Assembly: GCA_009103225.1 (NCBI GenBank)
Contig: RHPI01001037.1
Span: forward strand, 1,794,551 to 1,858,550
Origin: Chlorokybus atmophyticus
Taxonomy: Eukaryota; Plantae; Mesostigma and Chlorokybus algae
Direction of reading: 5' to 3'
DNA: 64,000 nt
Positions 22,672-34,638 of the stretch are shown here, piece by piece. Within the stretch, counting starts at the first letter, position 1. Every line of letters begins with the position of its first letter. A program made the position numbers and the translations under genes. The notes under the pieces are model-generated. The model did not search any database. It was not told the origin of the DNA and saw nothing but the letters and a program-made list of their open reading frames with translations.

Positions 22672-24945
22672 CTAGAAGAAGACGCCCTTGAACGCGGGGC
22701 AGTTCTGGTTGGCGAGGTAGAGTGTTGTGTTCTGTGAGTTGAAGAACTTGTCCACAGAAGCCTGATCGGTGCGAAAGGCAGAGCCGAGGACGAGGGGGTT
22801 AAGGGCGTTGTAGATGTTCTTAACCGCGGCGAGGGGGTTGAAGCCAGCAGAGAGGGAGAAGGTGTCCGGAGGGAAGTGCGTGATGAACGCGAAGAGCTCG
22901 TATGTTGTGTCGCATGGACCCACGAATACAACCGGATGAGCCGGAGGCACCAACACAATGTCACCCTTCTTCAGCGTCCTCCTGAACACAGGGAAGCCGT
23001 CCGGTGTGGCGAACTCCACACGTGTGCGACCCTCTGTAGTACATGTGTATGTGTGAGTTTGTAGCTTCGTGTGGGTTGGGCGCAACAACCGGTACTGACA
23101 GAAACAGACGCCAATACTTGCCTGAGATGTACACATAGCGCATGGCGTTGTTGACGAAGTTCAAGATGAGCACCGCACCCTGAACGAGATACGGCATGAG
23201 ACCCCATTGATAAATCAGCTCATTGCTTGTTATGTGTCCCACTCCCACAACTCTCACTCACCGGTCCGCCCTTGCCGACAGCAAGCTCGGTGTACAGGGG
23301 CGGGGGTGCGTATGAGATATACTGGCTGGAGTTGATGCTCGGCTGCAGGCGGATGATCGGCGCAAATGGGAGAGCTGCATGCACACGCATTTGTTGGTTT
23401 TGAAGGTGGGTACAAGAGTGGGTGTTGAAGCAAGAGAAGCTGTGTGAGGTTTAGGCTTACCGCGGCCATCGTTGTTGAATAGGTAGGGATAGTCTGGCAG
23501 AGGCAGGCCCGGGCGCTCATCGTAGAGGGGCTGAGACAGGAGCTCGGGCTTGGCCATGGTGATGTAGTCATCCGGGACACGTGAACCAATGACCTGATGC
23601 AGACAAATGTCAGGGTCACTTCTCTAGAAACTCCATGCAAGCAACACTGATTCCAACAGAAGCACACTCACAGCCACGTACACCCACACATGAGCACACA
23701 TGCACATGCAGGATTTGCTTGCCTTGTCGTAGAGGGACTTGGAGACGTTGAAGTCAGAGCGCTGCACAATGTCAGAGTACGCAGCAAGGATGGAGTTCTT
23801 TCCACCAGTGAGGGTGGCGAAGCGGATGGGTGCGAAGAGGGGATCCCTCAAACTGATAACAGGAAACATACACACACACAACATTAGCTTCTCATACACA
23901 CAAGGGTAGATGTCACCACCTCTGTCCCCCTTACATGATGTAGACAGCGGCGATGAGGTTGTCAGTGCCAATGTTGAGCAGACCGTAAACCTGGTCGGCG
24001 CCAATGTGAAGGGTGTCGTATGGCACGATGTCGCGCAGCTTCTGAGGGATGCCCCCTGCATCCGTCACCAGGGCACGTCCGTAGCCTGAGGAAAAACAAC
24101 AACAACAAGAACATTAACAACAACAATGGGCAACTTGTGTAGACATCCTCACGGCAAAGATGAAAATACTCCTTTCAACTAACGACGTGCCTGACTTGAA
24201 GATGAACCCAACATCACCGCCGGGGACGAATGTGGGCATGAGCAGACCGCCCGGGAAAAGCGTTAGAAGCCAGACCTGGACCATGTTCTTGTCCAGCTGC
24301 GCAAGCAAAGAGAAACAGAAACAAGCAAGCAATCTGTCAGCTATGTCCACAGTCTTTTTGGGTCCTGGGTTCGAGACCAAGAGAAGTACGTGTGCAATTG
24401 CGTGACATAGGCATGCGCATGTGCAGGGCCACGCACATTGTGTCCTTGCTCTGTCAGCAATGCATGCTCAACACGTATTGGTGTAAGCTTGAACCACAGA
24501 TAAACCGCCTGAGATATGCTGCGCAACTAGTTTGCATGACAACATATGAAGGTGAGACTGCAAAACACAACGACCCTTGCGGCAGTCACCACTCCAGCAC
24601 AATGTGAATGCACACACGCAGACAAAGCCACAACCTTGATGACAACATGACAGAGACATGTGCACAACTGCACGCTCGCACCCACCCCGTCCACCCCAAC
24701 CCCACACCGACACACGCACACAGGCATGCAAGCACATTACAGGAATTGCTCACGTCAGGTAGATCGAGGACTCGGACTTCCCCTCCTGAGCCTGAGAAGC
24801 GCGGGTGGGGTGACTTGGAGCCGACGGACTCGAAGTAGCGCTTGTTCTGCAGCTTGGGGCCATTGTTGGCAGACACACTGGCAGCGGATACCAGCGCTGC
24901 CACAACTAGCAAGGCGGACAACCACTTTGCGTACATGGCGGCCAT
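22672..24945 (-). CDS. Secreted bicupin (vicilin/7S globulin-like cupin superfamily), multi-exon
   Basis: Signal peptide MAAMYAKWLSALLVVAALVSAASVSA; domain 1 GGEVRVLDLP...LTLFPGGLLMPTFVPGGDVGFIFKSG; domain 2 VVGVGHITSNELIYQWGLMPYLVQGAVLILNF...GRTRVEFATPDG...LKKGDIVLVPPAHPVVFVG...LGSAFRTD; stop 22672-22674. Confidence 0.75.
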
Positions 24946-27561
24946 GTTCGCACTGGCAAGAACACTGACCACTGACGTACAGTGAGAGTGGTATTTATGG
25001 CTGACGCTGAGCTGCGCACTACTATCCCGATGCCCAGCGAAGGTGACGCAGCTTTCTCTGGCTAAGGCGGCGTAAAAGGTACAAACGGAGGAGATGTGCG
25101 TGACACAACATTCTTGGTTGACCCCCACCCCGGGTCAGCAACTGACGGTGATGGGACATGTTGGGTGGAGGGAACTTCCCTCCAACATGTGCCCAACCAC
25201 AGTATTGTTGTGCACAGGTCGAAAGGGGGGTGACGCAGCCTTTTTGGAGAACATAGCGTTTGGGAGTCACTCCCAAGTTGGGTCGCATTTTTTCCCCAGC
25301 AAGCAGTAGGGTCAACTACCAGGCTATGTGACTGCCTGCGCTTAGTTCAATGCAAGGGAGAGTCAGCGCTAGATTTGCATGCATGCGCGTGACACTTGGC
25401 CTAGTAGACCGCATAATTTTGTGGTTGCGTCGCTGCGCCGCTTGCTGCGTGTCCTCTACTGTCATGCTGATGTGACCTACTCGACAGCTAAACGGGGCAG
25501 TCACCTCGGTAGAATCATAATATCAATTTAATGTATCAGGTTCGGCGCGTCGACGAAAGTCGTCAGCTGGCAGTGTCACAGGGACTCAAGCAGACGGACA
25601 CCGGTCTTTCAGACGTTCCTCCCTAGGCTCCAAACAGTGGAAGGCGCCTGGTCGGTGCATAACACAAACACCGGTACAATCCGGTCATGTGGACTTGAGC
25701 CCAGTCACCGCAGACGTAGGCAGACAGTCGGCGTAGGTTGTTGGTAGATTGACTAGTCGCCTAACAGTGAAACATTGAATTGTGTGACAAAGTCTCTACC
25801 GCTTGTTGCCAACACGCGGTATGCCCCGCAACGACCGCTGAACGAAGGCGATTGGTCCTGATCAGAGTTGTTTGCAATTTGTTGCGCCAAACTTAATATC
25901 ATTGTTGGCAATCATTACATGCACGCCAAAAAGACGGAACTTCTAGCTGTTGGACCGGTTCAGTCACTCAAAGAGGCTTTTCAAGTCACATGTGAGATAA
26001 AACTGCGGGCTATGCAATGCTAATTGAGAATTCCAATGCGAATGTTGCATTGGTATACTTACCTGAACCGTATGGTGAAGCACGTGTAGCTTAGTGCTTG
26101 CTTGTTGAAAGTAAGTGACTTTGCATCATGTTATTGCGTGTGAGTGTGGATTGCAGACTGGGTCTCATGCAGAATTTACAAGATGTAGTAATTAAAATAA
26201 ATTGTAAAAAAGTAATTCCAATGTGCGCTACACATGGGCCACGTAGCCTGTACAGGCCTTTGCTGCAGTAAAACCTCGGTCATATAGCAAAGCCTACATT
26301 ACTCCCCTCGCCACCTTTTTTTAGTCGGTTATGAAAATGTAATATACTCGATGCATATGTATATGCGTATATGTGAAATTATGTGCACTTCATTGTGAGA
26401 GTTTGCTTTGATTCAAATTTATATTGTACAATACAATGCTAAAGCAAGCAACACTTATCCTACACATATACATAATAAACCTTGCAACAATTGTAGTTTA
26501 AAATAAATGCAACCTCTCCACATTCTTATAAAATGCAGCGGTAATTGCAATCATTCGCCAACAAGTGCATGTGCGCAATCGGTGTGACTGCTGCCAATAC
26601 GACAGTGTGTTGACAAGTGTGCATGAAAATAACGTCGTGCGACATAATTGTGGAGCCAACATCTGTTTGCTAAATGAATTAAGCGTATATGCACTGTTCA
26701 ACAAATGCATTATGCGAAATGCCTACGCTACATACCATGTGTGTTGGTACAATTATCAACATATACAATTAAGGCTTTGTGTCAAGTTTAAATTTTTCGC
26801 ACCATAGGTGCATGGCATGCCATAGTAAAACCGAAATATTTCATGCCGTATATGTACGGCGTGTTATACATTATGCATAAGACATTCACATAAAGCAAGT
26901 AACATGTCCTCATCACTTTAGGTAAATGTGCAGCATATGTACATAGCATGTCATTTTGCTATGCAAATGCAAGTAATTGAAGTCCATGTGTGGCACAGGT
27001 GCATAATGTAAGCACATACAATTAGTTATATGCGTAAGGATCAAACACAAATAGTATACATTTAATTTATGCATACGCATGGACGGCTTTACTGATGCGT
27101 ACTTATAAAAGTTCAATTATAAATAGTTTTAATGCAAGGGCACACTGTTGGAGAGTTGCACATGAATCGTTATCGATAATAATACGTCACTGATAACTGC
27201 AACTTTTTGCAACTTCTCCTTCAAAAGATGACAGTACAACAGGCTATGCGCTTCAAGGTTCATGTATACATGACGCGATGCGGAAGCCACGTTATAGTCA
27301 TCGGGCTGTTAATGAGAGGATTAAAACCATTTTCACACGTCGTCGCCATCGCAATACATATAAGCATCTTCGTAACGCCCCACGATTGTAAACCTGTATG
27401 CATATAAGCATGGTAGGCATATAGGCATGCGACGGCAACGATGTGTGCGTGATTAACACATTGCGAGCGCAACAAGTTACTTTCCCGAATGAAGTCTGTC
27501 AAGTAGGGTAGAACTCGACGAATTATGTACCCAAAAAAGACATGAATAAAAAAAGTTGCTC

Positions 27562-27741
<180 letters not shown>

Positions 27742-29207
27742 GTCTCTTCAGTCGGTATGGGGCAAGCATTAACTGAGCAAAGTATATGGTTTGGTGCACG
27801 TGTCTACGTTGGCAAAGGCAGACGAGTTTTGATGTGTCGATGTTGGCAAGTAAGCACACGTCGTCTCGGGCCGATGTAGACAAACGAGGACGAACTTCTT
27901 TATGAGCGCATGCTGCGATGTCGACGTATGGGTGCAATTGCGCGCAAGTTAGGGTTTGCTCTGTTTTTCCGCCGGCGGGTCGGCGCCGTTTCTGCTACAC
28001 ACTGTCTGATCCAGACCGTACGTTTGGCCTACACAAACTGCATTGCTTCGGCACGATTTTTTGATTTTCACAACGTGCCGTCTCGTTCAACATCCCAACC
28101 AAACCTTTGTCACAGAACTCACGCAGCGATGTCAACAAACACGGATCCATACCTACGTCCGTCGCCATTGAAATCTAGCGACGGCCTACGTGAGAGGATA
28201 TCGACTCTTAATCGACATCGACATCGCTATGGTCCCATGGTCCAAGCACGACAAAACATAGACAAAATGAGTTAATAGGAACCCCTCGGGCACACCGACT
28301 GTCTTTCTTAAAGTGCAGGGCCGAAGCCGCGTCTCTGCGTGCCGAAGCTTGCAGTTGGTGAAACTTTCCCAACACGTCGAGTGCGGCAGCAATGGTAGGA
28401 GGCCATATGAAGAGGATGTGCGACAGGCTACCGTATGTTATCATAGTATACTATCGCATGCGTGATGATTTTATGTCGGTGCAATAGTCGACATTTGGTT
28501 TATAATGCCCACAATTAAGCTGGCACACTGTGACATGCATTGTATGTCATAATGTAAAAAGTTGTGTGTTTCACGCAAGTTCATGTTGCAGGGGGTCTAC
28601 GTGAACAACTTAACTTGCGTGTGATGTGAGAAGAATTGTAGTGCATTAAGTAAAATGTTGTGCTCATGTTTTGGAAACGTTTTGTACTACACATCCTGTG
28701 CAAAATGCAACCACAACCACTACATATGTATAGCATTACGGTTTGATGCAAATGCTTGCCAACATATACACAATGTTGTTTGTAGATTGCATACAACTAC
28801 CGAAACAAGATACACTTTATATAAGCGAGATGGCAAAACTTTTCCAACACGCATTGTGTGTTGATTGTATAATGGGCAAGTTGCGTACCAATTAACATAA
28901 CAGAATTAAAGGTATTGGTAAATAATTGTTTCTAATTTTATGTTTTGAACACTAGTTTTAAATCTAATGATGCTGTGTGAGCTTAACGAGTTCCTACTTA
29001 TGTAGTTTATTGTATTGCATATATCCATATTTTTTAAAACCACACTGTCCACGGTTCGTCCCCTCTGATCGTGCCATAACGTATAGCGTGACGCCTTGAG
29101 GTAATTTTTAATTTAAGCAGACGAATTTTAGGTGAATTTGAGCCAATTGTAGCTTAAACAGAGGTAGTCTAGCGTTGCTGGCGGCGGGCTGGGCGGGTAG
29201 TTGGCGT

Positions 29208-29279
29208 GGGAAGTGGATATATAGATATATAGATATATATGGGAAGTGGGTATATATGTATGTATATATGGGAAGTGGG

Positions 29280-29314
<35 letters not shown>
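29208..29314. repeat. GGGAAGTGG + (TA)n compound repeat, three units
   Basis: GGGAAGTGG recurs three times separated by TA-rich runs. Confidence 0.9.
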
Positions 29315-29760
29315 TATGGAGGCGAGAACGCAAAGGAGCCATCAACCGCATTGTGCGTGTCACCTGTCACGCCTATAAGGCTAGCTAAAGTCATTCTTTG
29401 TTCCTTACTTATGTAAGTAAGGTGAGACCGGGTGCGTTTTCTATGTCATAAGCATGTGTAGTGCTTGTGGGGTGGCTCTCACGTGGTCTGCTCTTGAGCC
29501 TATGAGGCCTTGAGTGAGATAAACTACACAAGGTATTGCATATCAGCAAGCACAGAGCCGGTCGATACCATTGAGACATGGCCATCTGAGCCATGTGTCC
29601 GCATGTGTGTGCATATGTTTGCATGTGCATATGTCCGCATATGAGTGCATATTTGAGGATATAAGGTATGTACTAAATGTATGCATGTGTATGCATGCAT
29701 GCGCATATGTGTGCATATGCGCGCATATGTATGCATAGGGATGCATATGTATGCATGTGT

Positions 29761-29880
29761 GTGATGTCCAAGGCTGATATGACCAGCCAAGGACGTTCAC
29801 ATTGCCCAAGGGTGATGTTTGTGATGTCCAAAGCTGATGTGACCAGCCAAGGACGTTCACAATGTCCGAGGCTCATGTGT
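29761..29880. repeat. 60-bp tandem duplication inside LTR B
   Basis: GTGATGTCCAA.GCTGAT.TGACCAGCCAAGGACGTTCACA.TG at 29761 and 29821. Confidence 0.95.
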
Positions 29881-30320
29881 GATCATTCTTGGACATTAAA
29901 CAAGAGGTCCAAGGGCTAATGTGGCAGCCCTAGACATGAGTTGTGGTCAACGCAGCCATAACGAGGCAAGTAGCCTTGGACTTGGATGTTCGAGGTCGGA
30001 GAGCAGCAAAGAGGGGGTATATGAACGGCCTCAACAAGTGTCTAAGGGGGCTCAGCATGTGCATACTCGACTCTTGTGTGTGGGGTGCCTAGTTTGGTTG
30101 TTCAGGGGCTCTCCCTCTCATCCCATGTGGGGCGTGATGCTTGTGGCAGCTCTGCACATGTGTGTGGGGTGCTTGAGTGTGCATGTGTGTGGGAGCTGGG
30201 TAGAGAGGTTGGTGGCATCCTCTCCTTTCTTGGTGCGGTGCTGTGACTTCCCCTTCAAGGTACTGCACCGCGTGTTGCTGGTCGGGCTTCCGGAAGCAAG
30301 TCCTTGTGCTTGTGCATAAG

Positions 30321-31107
30321 CAGGCCTCGCATGCAGTTCAGCGTGTGCGTGAATTTGTGTGTGTTTGTTGTGCGCACGCGTATGTTGGTTCATGTATGAG
30401 CGCGTTGCTATGTGCATTTGCGTGCACATGTAGGCCTTTGCGTGTGCGCGCGTGCTGTAAGACAATCCGCGTGTGCAATGTGCGCGCGGGTGTGAGTGTA
30501 TGTTTATTTTGGTGTGCGTATACTGACTTGCCTAGCAACACCGTGGCTCTTACGCGTGTCGGCTGCTAAGGCCGCCTGCTTTGCGGCCTGGTCAGTCTCC
30601 TCCTCCACTTGCAGTGTGTAGTCGTGCCGCACACACTGCACCGCACTTAGTTCAACCCATCTTGTGCGCAGCTTTAAGCCGCCGTCAGTGCCGCCAATAC
30701 CTCCGCCACGTGGCCACAACTCTTGACGAGTTACGGCGGATCTGCGTGAATACGCCGACGGTTCTCAACCGCCGACGAAAATTGGAATACGCCAATGGTC
30801 GACGGGCCAGCGGTTGGAGATCAGTGCGGTAGGCAAATTCAGCGGTCGGCGAGCTTGGCCGGTGTTCATTAGCTCGCATTTGCTCAATGACCTCAATATG
30901 GCTTCTTGCCGGTCCTTCGCAAGCAAGCCTTCCTCACCTTGCTAGTTGCTGGTTGGTGAGTGGATCGTACTATGAACGATAATACATTGTGCGAAAGTGT
31001 TATCCATAAAGTCGTCATTGATTTGCATGTTGGTTTTACATTACTTGTGTAAAATCGTTACAATGGTTATCTACCTGTAATTAGTCGACCGAAATTACTG
31101 CAAAAGG
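30321..31107. mobile_element. ~790-bp insertion in LTR B, possible non-autonomous DNA transposon
   Basis: Interrupts the LTR A sequence ATAAG|TTTGCCAAG; ends CAGGCCTCGCATGCAGT and ACTGCAAAAGG are imperfect inverted repeats resembling CAGGCCTTTGCTGCAGTAAAACCTCGGTC at 26253. Confidence 0.45.
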
Positions 31108-31179
31108 TTTGCCAAGACGTCCAGCAAGTAAGTGAGTGGTATCGTTACATCCATCAACCGCATTGTGCGTGTTACCAGC

Positions 31180-33125
31180 AGGTAGGAGTCATCTTCTGCC
31201 ACACCTTGATAGACAGTATTGCAGGCCCATGGCAGCGCCCACCATTGACATGGTGGCCATGAACGCCATTCAGGTGGCCAGCACCCAGCCCCAACGTGTT
31301 ACTCTACTCTTGTAGTACGATGGTCAGCAGCAGAAGTTCGCCTTTGTGAATACAACTACCGGCGAGGGGCTTAAGAAGTTGGTGCGCTCCACGTTTAGCA
31401 TTCCCAACAACCAGCTGCTGTCATTCCAGCGTGATAATTACACGGTGGACACAGCATTCCTATTGCAAGGCTGCAACCACGTCGTGCATCTCTCCTCGGT
31501 GGTTCCCAGCAGCAATACAACAATTGTGGTGAGTTTTCATTGCACTGCCAGCATGGCCGTTTGCATGCATCATGTGCACGCGTTGATTATGCACGTTGCG
31601 TGTTGCATGCAATGACACTACCATCTTTTTGCACGTTGCTTGATGCTGCATGCAGGCTCACATCATCGTTACAAATGCCATGTGCAGGTTGACGGCGAGG
31701 TCCGCAAAGTTATTTACAAGAAGGGACGCGCAAGCTAAGGAGGGCAGAAGATCCACAAAGAGCAAGAATGAGGCTGAGCTTCTCACCACGACCGAGACAG
31801 CTGCCATGCATACCCTCATCAAGACCTTCTTGCGTCCAGTACTTCCATATGGTACGGTGTATCCGTTGCTGTCTTTGAGTTGCCAGTGTCATGCATGCTG
31901 CGACAAACCATTGAGTGCGAGCAGCTGACTTGCATTCTCACAGGCGGCTTTCTCAAGTTGGATGTGCAGCCCATCCCAACACACAATAAGTTTATGGCAA
32001 CCATCCGCACTGACCCCGACCTTGCCAGTGCTCATATTCACAAGCTCATGCCCAAAACCAACGAGTACCTGTGGTCGCACGCTCCCAGGCACAAGATTAT
32101 TTAAGAAGGCAAACAGATTAAGGATGGCATGTGGAAGATTGAGCCAAACAACAAACCGTTATCTGTAGAGCTGCTGAGGATGGCATGCAACCCCAAAGTG
32201 GGAGAAGATGGAATTGGCCATTGCCAATGCACTAGAGTGCAGTAAAGCGGAGCCTTTAGCTGCTGGTACGCAACGGCCTACTCTTTCACCACCGCCAACT
32301 GTTTAACAACTCGCTCGGTGAGCATGCACAAAAGATTTTACATTTGCACTGACATTGTGCATGCTATCAGCGCATATTGTCTGACTATGTTGCCTTACAG
32401 TCAGCAGACACCAATGCGTTCGCGCACACACGCCTCGGGCACAGAAGCATTGGTGGAAATTGAAGCTGGGTGTTTGGATGCCAACGAGACAAAGAGTAAA
32501 GATGAGCAACCAATCGATTAGGATCAGGAATTCATCGATGATGATAAGCGGCTAAAGAGGCGGTCTGTGCTGACACCAGGTAGTGCATTCTTCCGTTAGG
32601 AAATTGAAGAGGACGCAGACCTCACGAGATGATATAACATTGAAGCTCGTTGCTCGGGCTAGCAAGAACCCCACTCAAGGCATTGCACTTGGCAAGAGCG
32701 CACGGGAGCGACTTAACGAGGAGGCTACCACGTCGACTAAAAAGCCGATTAAGAAAGCTCGCCCTCTGCCCGCCAAACGCGGTGCAAAGTATGTTGGCCA
32801 ATCTGTCTGCACTGCATGGTGTTTAGTAGTTAGCCATGACACTGTATCCATCTGTAACTTGCAGGAGGCTGATAAGGCTAGTGCGCAGGTGCAAAAGCAC
32901 GAAAAGGGAAAGGCGATACGCAGCGCAGATGTTGGGCGAGTGTCGCGCTTTGAGCAGGCAGCGCATGTGAACATTTTTAGGCAACGATGGTTCTACAAGA
33001 AACAAGACCTCAAGCTGGAGCAAACACCATTGATAGGTCCAGAGAGCGAAGTGAATGCTGGTGAACGAGCTGTGTGTGTACACAACCTTGTAGCAGTTGT
33101 GACAATATGTGTAAATCAATGTTAA
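31180..33125 (+). pseudogene. Decayed multi-exon gene with an N-terminal ubiquitin-like/PB1-like segment and a basic C-terminal region
   Basis: RVTLLL*YDGQQQKFAFVNTTTGEGLKKLVRSTFSIPNNQLLSFQRDNYTVDTAFLLQGCNHVVHL; later exons with GT-AG borders and in-frame stops; a probable first exon (~29315) is split by LTR B. Confidence 0.4.
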
Positions 33126-33784
33126 GCAGCTGTATAATTATGTTCAGTGAGTTGATGGAGTGGCTTGCATTGTAGTACACATGCATATGTAATCACGCCC
33201 ATAGCTGTGCTGCATTTTCTTGCCGTTGAGTCGACATTGCTTCTGGCAGCAAACAGGCAAGCAGCAACCTAGCGCACATCTGCTATGTCTTGCATGAACT
33301 AGTGACCCTGCAAGCATGGCTGATAGTTGAAGTTTATTATCGCCTGTCGATGAGCTACAAGTCAACTAGCTATCAGGTAGCCATGCTAGGTACTTTGGAA
33401 AGTTGGTTAAAAATGTTTGATAACAGGATTCGGTACATATAATCAGACATGACATGTGCACAACAGGCTATCTACAGTTGATGTACCCAGTATAGAGTCT
33501 AATGGTATCTGGTCTCGCCAGACTGCGACAGGTTGCGACGAGACCATTATATACGGTGGTGGATGGACGCTAGTTGTATGACAGTTCTACCATTTAGCGT
33601 AGTGTTGCGCTGAGCCGAAACATGGGCACCCCAAGCTTGCAGGTGGCTTCTTTTTCGGTGTTTTTGTTTGGGAGGGGGGGGGGGGGGGGGGGGNNNNNNN
33701 NNNNNNNNNNNNNNNNNNNNNNNNNNNNNNNNNNNNNNNNNNNNNNNNNNNNNNNNNNNNNNNNNNNNNNNNNNNNNNNNNNNN

Positions 33785-33815
<31 letters not shown>

Positions 33816-34638
33816 AAGCTGCCACCAGAAGGGAGAATAGGGCACAGCAAGTACAGCGTGGATGCACGAGGGCCCTTGCCCCGCACTGCGAGGGTGTTAG
33901 CAAGTGCATAGTCTATCTCCAGCTCCTCCGTCGAAGCATAAAAAAGATCATGCAACTTGTCAAGGGAGCGGCGCAAGCTGGTACTGACAAAGGCCTTAGG
34001 GGAGAAATGCAGAAGGGAGGTATCGCAAGCCCCAACATGCAGGCCCGTGGCTTGGCCCACATCCCTGAGAAGTATCTGAGCGGAGCGGGAAGCCTTGAAC
34101 ATGTTGCGAGCAATGACGGGGACCATGTAAAGTTTCTCCGTGCGTCCGTCAGCATTGCTCTGGGCATTGGGGAAATGCAGCCCGGCATAGAGCTGCAGCG
34201 TTAATGTCGCGACTGATGTGGGCCACGGCCTGGTTGGGTCAGCCATAGGTTCCTCGTGAATAGTAGACCCCCCTTGCAGCTGCCTCTTTCACCTCCACAA
34301 TATCGCATCAACTGTTGGAGGGAGACGGAGCAGCGCTAGGGCGGGCGCTCCCCCCGGAGGGTGAGGGCAAGCATGGTGGCGATAGTGCAGCTCAGTTTCC
34401 AACCGCGGCAGCGCTGCGACTATTATTGACGGGGCGCCCCGTTGCCCCACCAAAAGATGCGCCGCTGCTGAAGAAGCAGCGGACATCGTCACGATAAGCT
34501 ACGGTAGCTCATGTGTTTGGCATATGAACGTTGCCAAGCTGCATTTGATTCAGCTGCGGAGCCTGCCATGCCGGGGGTGGCTTTCTCGCAGTCTCTAAGG
34601 CCGGGGGTTTGCCATGTTGATGCTGGGGCCATCCGTGA

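Larger units (their letters stand above)
29365..31149. mobile_element. Solo LTR B (relative of LTR A) with an internal insertion, flanked by a 26-27 bp direct repeat
   Basis: TGTCACGCCTATAAGG...GTGGTATCGTTACA; shares GCTCTTGAGCCTATGAGGCCTTGAG...AACTACACAAGG with LTR A; CCATCAACCGCATTGTGCGTGTYACC at 29339-29364 and 31151-31176. Confidence 0.85.

Noticed and set aside
25320-26250. CAGGCTATGTGAC / reverse-complement CAGGCTACGTGGC as TIRs
   Set aside because: 13 bp with two mismatches and no matching TSD; compatible with chance.
33587-34246. 219-aa minus ORF as RT or LINE ORF2
   Set aside because: No RT, endonuclease or other motif recognised; it runs into a gap.
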